64,000 nucleotides of DNA from Eledone cirrhosa (Eukaryota). Numbering within the stretch: position 1 is the first letter of the stretch; each line of letters starts with the position of its first letter. The notes beneath the pieces were generated by a model that saw only the letters and a program-made list of their open reading frames with translations, searched no databases and was not told the DNA's origin. The stretch lies in assembly GCA_964016885.1 (NCBI GenBank), contig OZ024741.1, forward strand, positions 333,560,001-333,624,000, read 5' to 3'. This document shows, one piece after another, positions 39,591-52,900 of the stretch. Both the position numbers and the translations under genes were made by a program.

Positions 39591-39761
39591 TATGGGTTAA
39601 ATAGCCTCACTAATCTGCAATTGGCCAAGCGTGGTTAGTATGGCTAGAATCCTGCCAAGACCAAATCAAACAGAAAGTGGTGGAGGTCAACCAAGGAGGA
39701 GTTCCTCCAACAGTGAGAAGGTCCTGGATTAGATTGGAAATATGAGTGTGTGTATATATAT

Positions 39762-39884
39762 ATACCATAAAGAGAGACGAACACAGATATATACATATAT
39801 GTTTTCAGATCACAAGAGACATAAACCGCCTTGAGATCTGAATGCATAGATGTATATATCTGTGTTTGTCTCTCTTTATGGTAT
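39762..39884. repeat. 123-bp palindrome
   Basis: ataccataaagagagacgaacacagatat.. / ..atatctgtgtttgtctctctttatggtat. Confidence 0.9.
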
Positions 39885-39974
39885 TATAAGGCTCGGAACT
39901 ACTTTGATTATAAGGGATTAATGTGAGTTTTTAACTCAATATATACTTTTGATATATATATATATATAAAAAGG

Positions 39975-40192
39975 ATCGATCGACTTTCGTCAAGTTGGAC
40001 CGACGAAACAATGTTTTCGTCGGTCTTTCCAGTTGCTAGTACTATCTTTCAGTCGCAACTCCAGGTAGAAGGAGCAACTTGAAATAAAGTGTCTTGCTCA
40101 AGGACATAAGACATCGCCCGGTCCAGGAATTGAACGCACACAACCTCAAGATTGTGAATCCAATTCTCTAACCACTCAGCCACATGCCTTCA
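39975..40192 (-). mobile_element. tRNA-derived SINE S4
   Basis: Minus strand tggctgagtggttagag A-box, gttcaattcc B-box, gtccttgagcaagacac. Confidence 0.8.
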
Positions 40193-40679
40193 TAAATGTA
40201 CATATATATCCTCACTAACCTACAGTTGGCCAAGCATGGTGAAGGTCAATAAGAGAGAGGTTCCTCCAACAGGAATGAGATGGCTCTGCATTAGATAGGG
40301 TTGAATTAGAGTATACCAAGTAACTGATTGATGGCCTACATAGTGACAAGGATTTTCATGTCAATTCCTTTCCAAACATTTTTTGTTTTGTTTTTTCCCA
40401 GAAAGAATAATTATTCTGTAGACTGCAGGTACAATGAAATGAATTGTTAATTGTTGGCTTATTGTAGTTAGCTTATTATTTCAGTCATTGTACCTGGAGT
40501 TCTTTTGTATTCATTAGCAGATAATTTGAACCATTCTTCTGTTAAAATCTTCAAATAAATCAATATTTTGTAAAACATAAGGTACTTAGAAACTAGAATC
40601 ATATATCACAATGTAAAGTATTCATTGTTATTATATATATATATACATACATACACACATATATATATATATATACATG

Positions 40680-40773
<94 letters not shown>

Positions 40774-40777
40774 TATA

Positions 40778-41053
40778 TCATCATCATCATCATCATCATT
40801 TTACGTCCGCTTTTCCCTGCTTGCAAGGGTGGGACGGGTCTTATTCAGCACAGCATCTCTCCACTCATCACGGTCCCTCGTCATCTCCACCGTGAGCTTC
40901 AATGATCTGAGGTCTGTTCTCACCACCTCCGCCCATGTTTTTCGTGGTCTACCTCTACCACGTCTTCCTTCAACTGGCATTTCCTGGCACTTCTTCACCC
41001 ATTGGTCATCCTCCATGCGCATCACATGTCCATACCACCTCAGTCTCCTCTCC
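40778..41053 (-). mobile_element. RTE family A 3' end (young)
   Basis: [20 protein letters not shown] plus (GAT)n; TA on both sides. Confidence 0.95.
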
Positions 41054-41085
<32 letters not shown>

Positions 41086-41192
41086 TATATTGCAAGAGAT
41101 TTCAACATGAATGGACCTGTTATTTTTATCTAAAGAGATTTTTTCCAATTCCATCCCGCCCGTCCCCTCAATCTATCTTATTTCTCATTCTT

Positions 41193-41228
41193 TCTTCTGA
41201 TGAAGGATTAGCGTCAAAAACGTTAAGA
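41193..41228 (+). ncRNA. Degenerate minimal hammerhead
   Basis: TCTT-CTGATGA-aGGA..TCa-AAAA (expected GAAA)-CG-TT-AAGA. Confidence 0.4.
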
Positions 41229-41364
41229 CCCTCTTCCTGCTATATCAAGTGTTAACCTAATATATCCCTTCCATATACTGTACTGATTGTGTTGTTATTT
41301 CTGTTTACCTTTTACATACATATATACACACATGCACACACACGCACGCACACACACACACACA

Positions 41365-41463
<99 letters not shown>

Positions 41464-41489
41464 GTATATATACTTATTTTGAAAAAGTA

Positions 41490-41738
41490 ATCGACAAGAT
41501 CCCAGACCTGATATGCTTACTGAGTTGGGTGGAACTCATCAAATCCGACCAGGAAAACAATGTTTCTATTGGTCTTTTCATTGCAGATATTATCTACTGG
41601 TTGCAACTCCTGGAAGAAAGAGCAACATGAAATAAGTGTCTTGGTCAAAGACATAACACATCACCTTGTCTGGGCATCAGACTTGCAACCTTCCAATTGC
41701 TAATCCAATTCTCTAACGACTTAGCCATATGCCTTCAC
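41490..41738 (-). mobile_element. tRNA-derived SINE S4
   Basis: Reverse-complement match to 32041-32255; same orientation as 39975-40192. Confidence 0.7.
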
Positions 41739-41739
41739 T

Positions 41740-41958
41740 CATCATCATCATCATTATCATCATCATCACCGTTTTTCATTCATTTTTCCATGCTACCATG
41801 GGTTAGATGGGTTGTCCTGTTCTGGGCAATACCAGGTCAGGAGACCATGTCTTGATCAGACAGAACTGATTTTGGCTTGATTTCTACTGCTGGATGCCCT
41901 TCCTAACACCAACCTCATTTATAGTGAGTACTGGGTGCTTTTTCCCGTGGCACCTACA

Positions 41959-41960
<2 letters not shown>
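41740..41960 (-). mobile_element. RTE family-B-type 3' tail fragment
   Basis: (atc)n..ccatgctaccatggg..gctggatgcccttcctaacaccaac. Confidence 0.75.
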
Positions 41961-41994
<34 letters not shown>

Positions 41995-41999
41995 GTCTT

Positions 42000-42108
42000 T
42001 AGTCTCTGAAGATTTGATTGATATAACATGTATTTTAAATTGAGTAGCACTACTTTCAGTGTTTAGCGATTTTTAGACAACTCTATCAGTGAAACAATTG
42101 TTAGACTA
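42000..42108 (+). ncRNA. Type I hammerhead motif with long stem II
   Basis: TAGTCT-CTGAAGA-[tTTGAT..ATCAGt]-GAAA-CAATTG-TT^AGACTA; palindromic stem III. Confidence 0.7.
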
Positions 42109-42327
42109 TAAATAAATTCCCTTTTTTGTACTGTTGACCATGTTATTCTCCACTTTTTTAAATTTTACTACTCCAAGTTTAACTTACATAGGAATACAAG
42201 TGAAATCATTAACTCGTCATCGACATAAACCTCTTGTTGAGTCAAACAACGCTGTACGCTAAAATTATCCATAATAAGAAGTATTCACAACCTCTAATTG
42301 GATTACCTATAACGATATCTTGTTATC

Positions 42328-42370
<43 letters not shown>

Positions 42371-42373
<3 letters not shown>

Positions 42374-42942
42374 TTGGGAGCAAGGACTGGGAATATGGAA
42401 GATGATGTGGTTGAGAGGAAGAGCAAGGCCTGGGCGGCGTGCCACAGCTTGAGATCGGTGTGGAAGTCGGACCTTCGTAGAGACCTGAAAGTCTGCTTCT
42501 TCATTGCTGTAGTGGAGTCTGTGCTGCTGTATGGGTCTGAGACTTGGACACTGACCAAGAAACTCACTCAGATGGTGGATGGGTGCTACACGAGAATGCT
42601 GAGGATGGCTCTGAACATTAATCAGTATACACTGAGGATGAAAAACTCAGAGCTGTATGGGAGCATCCCAAAAGTCAGCTCAAAAGTGACACAGAGGAGA
42701 CTGAGGTTAGCTGGACATGCTCACCGACATCCAGAGTTGATATTGCACTCAGTGCTCCTTTGGGAGCCCCTACATGGACACACTAGAAGAGGAAGACCAA
42801 GGTTAACGTATGTTGATGCCCTAAGGACAGACACTGGTCTGTTGGAGATGCAGGACATGGCAGCGATAATGAGGGACAGAGACCGCTGGAGCGAACTCGT
42901 CCATGGATCTCGGGAATTTTACCCGCCTTAGATAGATAGATA
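42371..42942 (+). mobile_element. RTE-clade family C 3' end, (TAGA)n tail, open frame
   Basis: YLG..ESVLLYGSETW..RRLRLAGH..RGRP..DRDRW; ends tagatagatagata. Confidence 0.9.
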
Positions 42943-43509
42943 TATATGTGTATATATATATGTGTGTTTCTTACAAACTTACCGAAATAATTTTAGCATT
43001 ATATCAGGAATTATCGGCAAACAATTTTCTTCAGCCTGCAGCATTGGATAGTTTGGGGGGAACTGAGCTGCTGACAATGATGTTCTTGTCATTATTGGAA
43101 GCACTCACTGTACCAAAGTATCAGGTGATGCCCTTGAGAGTGATTCACTATTCCAGTGCTTCATTATCACAAGTTGGAAGGAACTTCCAGTTGTCGCTCT
43201 TGTGAAATTAATTCCTCATAACCCTTTTAGATCTGCCTTCCATTCAGGCATGGGATGAAAATGATGTCAAAGCAATCTGTCCTGTTCATATATTCCAAAT
43301 TTTGCATGGTTTCTACAGCTGGATGTCCTTCCAAATATCAACTTTCTTACAGGAGCTTCTGGGTGCATTTTTCTGTGGTGTCACACTACCACTTTATAGA
43401 GTGTACTTGGTGCATTTTTTGTGGCACAAACACACATTTTACAGTGTGTACTCAGTGAATTTTATCATGTCACCAGCACAAGAGAGATTGTCATATGCTT
43501 GTCCAGGCT

Positions 43510-43850
43510 CTATATTTGATTACCAAAACTGTAGCATCCAGTCTCTAACAACATTTACTTTGCATGTCAGAGATTTTGTACAAGTGGGATAGACAGGTCT
43601 TTTATATTATGGCATCTATATTATACTAGACAACTTTATCAGTTTCATGTGGTCATTCTTCACAACTTTGTCCCATATATCCATTTGATTTTCAAAACTC
43701 TTGCATCCAGTCTTTTTATGACATTTCATGTCACAATTCTTGTCCAGCTGGGCAGGTGTTTTATATTATGGCAGCTTTAATGCCACTTAGCTTCATCAGT
43801 ATCAAGAAGCAACATAATCATTCTTCACAACTTTGTACCACATCTTGTTC
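43510..43850. repeat. Diverged ~165-bp tandem duplication
   Basis: caaaact..gcatccagtct, ttttatattatggca and tcattcttcacaactttgt each occur twice, 160-170 bp apart. Confidence 0.7.
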
Positions 43851-43925
43851 AGGTCTCCAACTTCCACAGATAATTCCATCCACTGATAACATGTTATTGG
43901 AATCAATATCAACATTCCATAACAA

Positions 43926-46900
43926 GTGTGTAGTGTAGTGTAGTGTAGTGTAGTGTACAACACAACACAGTTCTGTTATATAGTGTAGTGTACAGCACAG
44001 CACAGTTCTGTTATATAGTGTAATGTACAGCACAGTTCTATTATATAGTGTAGTGTACAACACAACACAGTTTTGTTATATAGTGTAGTGTACAACACAA
44101 CACAGTTCTGTTTTATAGTGTAGTGTACAGCACAACACAGTTCTGTTATATAGTGTAGTGTGCAAAACAGCACAGTTCTATTATATAGTGTAGTGTACAA
44201 CACAACACAGTTCTGTTATATAGTGTAGTGTACAGCACAACACAGTTCTGTTATATAGTGTAGTGTACAGCACAGTTCTATTATATAGTGTAGTGTACAA
44301 CACAACACAGTTCTGTTATATAGTGTAGTGTACAACACAACACATTTCTGTTATATAGTGTAGTGTACAGCACAACACAGTTCTGTTATATAGTGTAGTG
44401 TACAGCACAACACAGTTCTGTTATATAGTGTAGTGTACAGCACAACACAGTTCTGTTATATAGTGTAGTGTACAGCACAACACAGTTCTGTTATATAGTG
44501 TAGTGTACAACACAAAACAGTTCTGTTATATAGTGTAGTGTACAGCACAACACAGTTCTGTTATATAGTGTAGTGTACAACACAAAACAGTTCTGTTATA
44601 TAGTGTAGTGTACAGCACAGCACAGTTCTGTTATATAGTGTAGTATGCAACACAACACAGTTCTATTATATAGTGTAGTGTACAACACAACACAGTTCTG
44701 TTATATAGTGTAGTGTACAACACAACACAGTTCTGTTATATAGTGTAGTGTACAGCACAACACAGTTCTGTTATATAGTGTAGTGTACAGCACAGTTCTA
44801 TTATATAGTGTAGTGTACAACACAACACAGTTCTGTTATATAGTGTAGTGTACAGCACAACACAGTTCTGTTATATAGTGTAGTGTACAGCACAGTTCTA
44901 TTATATAGTGTAGTGTACAACACAACATAGTTCTGTTATATAGTGTAGTGTACAACAAAACACAGTTCTGTTATATAGTGTAGTGTACAGCACAAAACAG
45001 TTCTGTTATATAGTGTAGTGTACAGCACAACACAGTTCTGTTATATAGTGTAGTGTACAGCACAACACAGTTCTGTTATATAGTGTAGTGTACAACGCAA
45101 CACAGTTCTGTTATATAGTGTAGTGTACAGCACAGCACAGCTCTGTTATATAGTGTAGTGTACAGCACAACACAGTTCTGTTATATAGTGTAGTGTACAA
45201 CACAACACAGTTCTGTTATATAGTGTAGTGTACAGCACAACACAGTTCTGTTATATAGTGTAGTGTACAGCACAGCACAGTACTGTTATATAGTGTAGTG
45301 TACAACACAGCACAGTTCTGTTATATAGTGTAGTGTACAGCACAGTTCTGTTATATAGTGTAGTGTACAACACAACACAGTTCTGTTATATAGTGTAGTG
45401 TGCAACACAACACAGTTCTGTTATATAGTGTAGTGTACAGCACAACACAGTTCTGTTATATAGTGTAGTGTAAGGCACAACACAGTTCTGTTATATAGTG
45501 TAGTGTACAGCACAAAACAGTTCTGTTATATAGTGTAGTGTACAGCACAACACAGTTCTGTTATATAGTGTAGTGTACAGCACAACACAGTTCTGTAATA
45601 TAGTGTAGTGTACAGCACAGCACAGTTCTGTTATATAGTGTAGTGTACAGCACAGCACAGTTCTGTTATATAGTGTAGTGTACAGCACAACACAGTTCTG
45701 TTATATAGTGTACAGCACAGTTCTGTTATATAGTGTAGTGTACAGCACAACACAGTTCTGTTATATAGTGTAGTGTACAGCACCATACAGTTCTGTTATA
45801 TAGTGTAGTGTACAGCACATAACAGTTCTATTATAGAGTGTAGTGTGCAACACAACACAGTTCTATTATATAGTGTAGTGTACAGCACAGCACAGTTCTG
45901 TTATATAGTGTAGTGTACAGCACAACACAGTTCTGTTATATAGTGTAGTGTACAACACAACACAGTTCTGTTATATAGTGTAGTGTACAGCACAACACAG
46001 TTCTGTTATATAGTGTAGTGTACAACAAAATACAGTTCTGTTATATAGTGTAGTGTACAACACAACACAGTTCTGTTATATAGTGTAGTGTACAACACAG
46101 CAAAGTTCTGTTATATAGTGTAGTGTACAGCACAGCACAGTTCTGTTATATAGTGTAGTGTGCAACACAACACAGTTCTGTTATATAGTGTAGTGTGCAA
46201 CACAGCACAGTTCTGTTATATAGTGTAGTGTACAGCACAGTTCTGTTATATAGTGTAGTGTACAGCACAGTTCTATTATATAGTGTAGTGTACGACACAA
46301 CACAGTTCTGCTATATAGTGTAGTGCACAGCACAACACAGTTCTGTTATATAGTGTAGTGTACAGCACATCACAGTTCTGGTATATAGTGTAGTGTACAG
46401 CACAACACAGTTCTGTTATATAGTGTAGTGTACAGCACACAGTTCTGTTATATAGTGTAGTGTACAGCACAGCACAGTTCTATTATATAGTGTAGTGTAC
46501 AGCACAGCACAGTTCTGTTATATAGTGTAGTGTACAGCACAACACAGTTCTGTTATATAGTGTAGTGTACAGCACAGCACAGTTCTATTATATAGTGTAG
46601 TGTACAACACAACACAGTTCTGTTATATAGTGTAGTGTACAGCACAGTTCTGTTATATAGTGTAGTGTGCAACACAACACAGTTCTATGATATAGTGTAG
46701 TGTACAGCACAGCACAGTTCTGTTATATAGTGTAGTGTACAGCACAGCACATTTCTGTTATATAGTGTAGTGTACAGCATAGCACAGTTCTGTTATATAG
46801 TGTAGTGTGCAAAACAGCACAGTTCTGTTATATAGTGTAGTGTACAGCATAGCACAGTTCTGTTATATAGTGTAGTGTACAGCACAGCACAGTTCTGTTA

Positions 46901-49900
46901 TATAGTGTAGTGTACAGCACAGCACAATTCTGTTATATAGTGTAGTGTACAGCACAGCACATTTCTGTTATATAGTGTAGTGTACAGCACAGCACAGTTC
47001 TGTTATAGAGTGTAGTGTACAGCACAACACGGTTCTGTTATATAGTGTAGTGTACAACACAACACACAGTTCTATGATATAGTGTAGTGTACAGCACAGC
47101 ACAGTTCTGTTATATAGTGTAGTGTACAGCACAGCACATTTCTGTTATATAGTGTAGTGTACAGCATAGCAGAGTTCTGTTATATAGTGTAGTGTACAAC
47201 ACAACACACAGTTCTATGATATAGTGTAGTGTACAGCACAGCACAGTTCTGTTATATAGTGTAGTGTACAGCACAGCACATTTCTGTTATATAGTGTAGT
47301 GTACAGCATAGCACAGTTCTGTTATATAGTGTAGTATACAGCACAGCACAGTTCTGTTATATAGTGTAGTGTGCAAAACAGCACAGTTCTATGATATAGT
47401 GTAGTGTACAGCACAACACAGTTCTGTTATATAGTGTAGTGTACAATACAGCACAGTTCTGTTATATAGTGTAGTGTACAGCACAACACAGTTCTGTTAT
47501 ATAGTGTACAGCACAACACAGTTCTGTTATATAGTGTAGTGTACAACACAACACAGTTCTGTTATATAGTGTAGTGTACAGCACAACACAGTTCTGTTAT
47601 ATAGTGTAGTGTACAACACAACACAGTTCTGTTATATAGTGTAGTGTACAGCACAACACAGTTCTGTTATATAGTGTAGTGTACAACACAACACAGTTCT
47701 GTTATATAGTGTAGTGTACAGCACAGCACAGTTCTGTTATATAGTGTAGTGTACAACACAACAGAGTTCTGTTATATAGTGTAGTGTACAGCACAACACA
47801 GTTCTGTTATATAGTGTAGTGTACAACACAAAACAGGTCTGTTATATAGTGTAGTGTACAGCACAACAGAGTTCTGTTCTATAGTGTAGTGTACAGTACA
47901 GCACAGTTCTGTTATATAGTGTAGTGTACAGCACAACACAGTTCTGTTATATAGTGTAGTGTACAGCACAACACAGTTCTGTTATATAGTGTAGTGTACA
48001 GCACAGCACAGTTCTGTTATATAGTGTAGTTTACAACACAACACAGTTCTGTTATATAGTGTAGTGTACAACACAACACAGTTCTGTTATATAGTATAGT
48101 GTACAGCACAACACAGTTCTGATATATAGTGTAGTGTACAGCACAACACAGTTCTGTTATATAGTGTAGTGTACAGCACAACACAGTTCTGTTATATAGT
48201 GTAGTATGCAACACAACACAGTTCTGTTATATAGTGTAGTGTACAGCACAACACAGTTCCGTTATATAGTGTAGTGTGCAACACAGCACATTTCTGTTAT
48301 ATAGTGTAGTGTACAGCATAGCACAGTTCTGTTATATAGTGTAATATACAGCACAGCACAGTTCTGTTATATAGTGTAGTGTGCAAAACAGCACAGTTCT
48401 ATGATATAGTGTAGTGTACAGCACAACACAGTTCTGTTATATAGTGTAGTGTACAATACAGCACAGTTCTGTTATATAGTGTAGTGTACAGCACAACACA
48501 GTTCTGTTATATAGTGTAGTGTACAGCACAACACAGTTCTGTTATATAGTGTAGTGTACAACGCAACACAGTTCTGTTATATAGTGTAGTGTACAGCACA
48601 GCACAGCTCTGTTATATAGTGTAGTGTACAGCACAACACAGTTCTGTTATATAGTGTAGTGTACAACACAACACAGTTCTGTTATATAGTGTAGTGTACA
48701 GCACAACACAGTTCTGTTATATAGTGTAGTGTACAGCACAGCACAGTACTGTTATATAGTGTAGTGTACAACACAGCACAGTTCTGTTATATAGTGTAGT
48801 GTACAGCACAGTTCTGTTATATAGTGTAGTGTACAACACAACACAGTTCTGTTATATAGTGTAGTGTGCAACACAACACAGTTCTGTTATATAGTGTAGT
48901 GTACAGCACAACACAGTTCTGTTATATAGTGTAGTGTAAGGCACAACACAGTTCTGTTATATAGTGTAGTGTACAGCACAAAACAGTTCTGTTATATAGT
49001 GTAGTGTACAGCACAACACAGTTCTGTTATATAGTGTAGTGTACAGCACAACACAGTTCTGTTATATAGTGTAGTGTACAGCACAGCACAGTTCTGTTAT
49101 ATAGTGTAGTGTACAGCACAGCACAGTTCTGTTATATAGTGTAGTGTACAGCACAACACAGTTCTGTTATATAGTGTACAGCACAGTTCTGTTATATAGT
49201 GTAGTTTACAGCACAACACAGTTCTGTTATATAGTGTAGTGTACAGCACAACACAGTTCTGTTATATAGTGTAGTGTACAGCACAGTTCTATTATACAGT
49301 GTAGTGTACAACACAACACAGTTCTGTTATATAGTGTAGTGTACAACACAACAGAGTTCTGTTATATAGTGTAGTGTACAGCACAACACAGTTCTGTTAT
49401 ATAGTGTAGTGTACAGCACAACACAGTTCTGTTATATAGTGTAGTGTACAGCACATAACAGTTCTATTATAGAGTGTAGTGTGCAACACAACACAGTTCT
49501 ATTATATAGTGTAGTGTACAGCACAGCACAGTTCTGTTATATAGTGTAGTGTACAGCACAACACAGTTCTGTTATATAGTGTAGTGTACAACACAACACA
49601 GTTCTGTTATATAGTGTAGTGTACAGCACAACACAGTTCTGTTATATAGTGTAGTGTACAACAAAATACAGTTCTGTTATATAGTGTAGTGTACAACACA
49701 ACACAGTTCTGTTATATAGTGTAGTGTACAACACAGCAAATTTCTGTTATATAGTGTAGTGTACAGCACAGCACAGTTCTGTTATATAGTGTAGTGTGCA
49801 ACACAACACAGTTCTGTTATATAGTGTAGTGTGCAACACAGCACAGTTCTGTTATATAGTGTAGTGTACAGCACAGTTCTGTTATATAGTGTAGTGTACA

Positions 49901-52900
49901 GCACAGTTCTATTATATAGTGTAGTGTACGACACAACACAGTTCTGCTATATAGTGTAGTGCACAGCACAACACAGTTCTGTTATATAGTGTAGTGTACA
50001 GCACATCACAGTTCTGGTATATAGTGTAGTGTACAGCACAACACAGTTCTGTTATATAGTGTAGTGTACAGCACACAGTTCTGTTATATAGTGTAGTGTA
50101 CAGCACAGCACAGTTCTATTATATAGTGTAGTGTACAGCACAGCACAGTTCTGTTATATAGTGTAGTGTACAGCACAACACAGTTCTGTTATATAGTGTA
50201 GTGTACAGCACAGCACAGTTCTATTATATAGTGTAGTGTACAACACAACACAGTTCTGTTATATAGTGTAGTGTACAGCACAGTTCTGTTATATAGTGTG
50301 CAACACAACACAGTTCTATGATATAGTGTAGTGTACAGCACAGCACAGTTCTGTTATATAGTGTAGTGTACAGCACAGCACATTTCTGTTATATAGTGTA
50401 GTGTACAGCATAGCACAGTTCTGTTATATAGTGTAGTGTGCAAAACAGCACAGTTCTGTTATATAGTGTAGTGTACAGCATAGCACAGTTCTGTTATATA
50501 GTGTAGTGTACAGCACAGCACAGTTCTGTTATATAGTGTAGTGTACAGCACAGCACAATTCTGTTATATAGTGTAGTGTACAGCACAGCACATTTCTGTT
50601 ATATAGTGTAGTGTGCAGCACAGCACAGTTCTGTTATAGAGTGTAGTGTACAGCACAACACGGTTCTGTTATATAGTGTAGTGTACAACACAACACACAG
50701 TTCTATGATATAGTGTAGTGTACAGCACAGCACAGTTCTGTTATATAGTGTAGTGTACAGCACAGCACATTTCTGTTATATAGTGTAGTGTACAACATAG
50801 CAGAGTTCTGTTATATAGTGTAGTGTACAACACAACACACAGTTCTATGATATAGTGTAGTGTACAGCACAGCACAGTTCTGTTATATAGTGTAGTGTAC
50901 AGCACAGCACATTTCTGTTATATAGTGTAGTGTACAGCATAGCACAGTTCTGTTATATAGTGTAGTATACAGCACAGCACAGTTCTGTTATATAGTGTAG
51001 TGTGCAAAACAGCACAGTTCTATGATATAGTGTAGTGTACAGCACAACACAGTTCTGTTATATAGTGTAGTGTACAATACAGCACAGTTCTGTTATATAG
51101 TGTAGTGTACAGCACAACACAGTTCTGTTATATAGTGTACAGCACAACACAGTTCTGTTATATAGTGTAGTGTACAACACAACACAGTTCTGTTATATAG
51201 TGTAGTGTACAGCACAACACAGTTCTGTTATATAGTGTAGTGTACAACACAACACAGTTCTGTTATATAGTGTAGTGTACAGCACAACACAGTTCTGTTA
51301 TATAGTGTAGTGTACAACACAACACAGTTCTGTTATATAGTGTAGTGTACAGCACAGCACAGTTCTGTTATATAGTGTAGTATACAACACAACAGAGTTC
51401 TGTTATATAGTGTAGTGTACAGCACAACACAGTTCTGTTATATAGTGTAGTGTACAACACAAAACAGGTCTGTTATATAGTGTAGTGTACAGCACAACAG
51501 AGTTCTGTTCTATAGTGTAGTGTACAGTACAGCACAGTTCTGTTATATACTGTAGTGTACAGCACAACACAGTTCTGTTATATAGTATAGTGTACAGCAC
51601 AACACAGTTCTGTTATATACTGTAGTGTACAGCACAGCACAGTTCTGTTATATAGTGTAGTTTACAACACAACACAGTTCTGTTATATAGTGTAGTGTAC
51701 AACACAACACAGTTCTGTTATATAGTATAGTGTACAGCACAACACAGTTCTGATATATAGTGTAGTGTACAGCACAACACAGTTCTGTTATATAGTGTAG
51801 TGTACAGCACAATACAGTTCTGTTATATAGTGTAGTATGCAACACAACACAGTTCTGTTATATAGTGTAGTGTACAGCACAACACAGTTCCGTTATATAG
51901 TGTAGTGTGCAACACAGCACATTTCTGTTATATAGTGTAGTGTACAGCATAGCACAGTTCTGTTATATAGTGTAGTATACAGCACAGCACAGTTCTGTTA
52001 TATAGTGTAGTGTGCAAAACAGCACAGTTCTATGATATAGTGTAGTGTACAGCACAACACAGTTCTGTTATATAGTGTAGTGTACAATACAGCACAGTTC
52101 TGTTATATAGTGTAGTGTACAGCACAACACAGTTCTGTTATATAGTGTACAGCACAACACAGTTCTGTTATATAGTGTAGTGTACAACACAACACAGTTC
52201 TGTTATATAGTGTAGTGTACAGCACAACACAGTTCTGTTATATAGTGTAGTGTACAACACAACACAGTTCTGTTATATAGTGTAGTGTACAGCACAACAC
52301 AGTTCTGTTATATAGTGTAGTGTACAACACAACACAGTTCTGTTATATAGTGTAGTGTACAGCACAGCACAGTTCTGTTATATAGTGTAGTGTACAACAC
52401 AACAGAGTTCTGTTATATAGTGTAGTGTACAGCACAACACAGTTCTGTTATATAGTGTAGTGTACAACACAAAACAGGTCTGTTATATAGTGTAGTGTAC
52501 AGCACAACAGAGTTCTGTTCTATAGTGTAGTGTACAGTACAGCACAGTTCTGTTATATAGTGTAGTGTACAGCACAACAGAGTTCTGTTATATAGTGTAG
52601 TGTACAGCACAACACAGTTCTGTTATATAGTGTAGTGTACAGCACAGCACAGTTCTGTTATATAGTGTAGTTTACAACACAACACAGTTCTGTTATATAG
52701 TGTAGTGTACAACACAACACAGTTCTGTTATATAGTATAGTGTACAGCACAACACAGTTCTGATATATAGTGTAGTGTACAGCACAACACAGTTCTGTTA
52801 TATAGTGTAGTGTACAGCACAACACAGTTCTGTTATATAGTGTAGTATGCAACACAACACAGTTCTGTTATATAGTGTAGTGTACAGCACAACACAGTTC

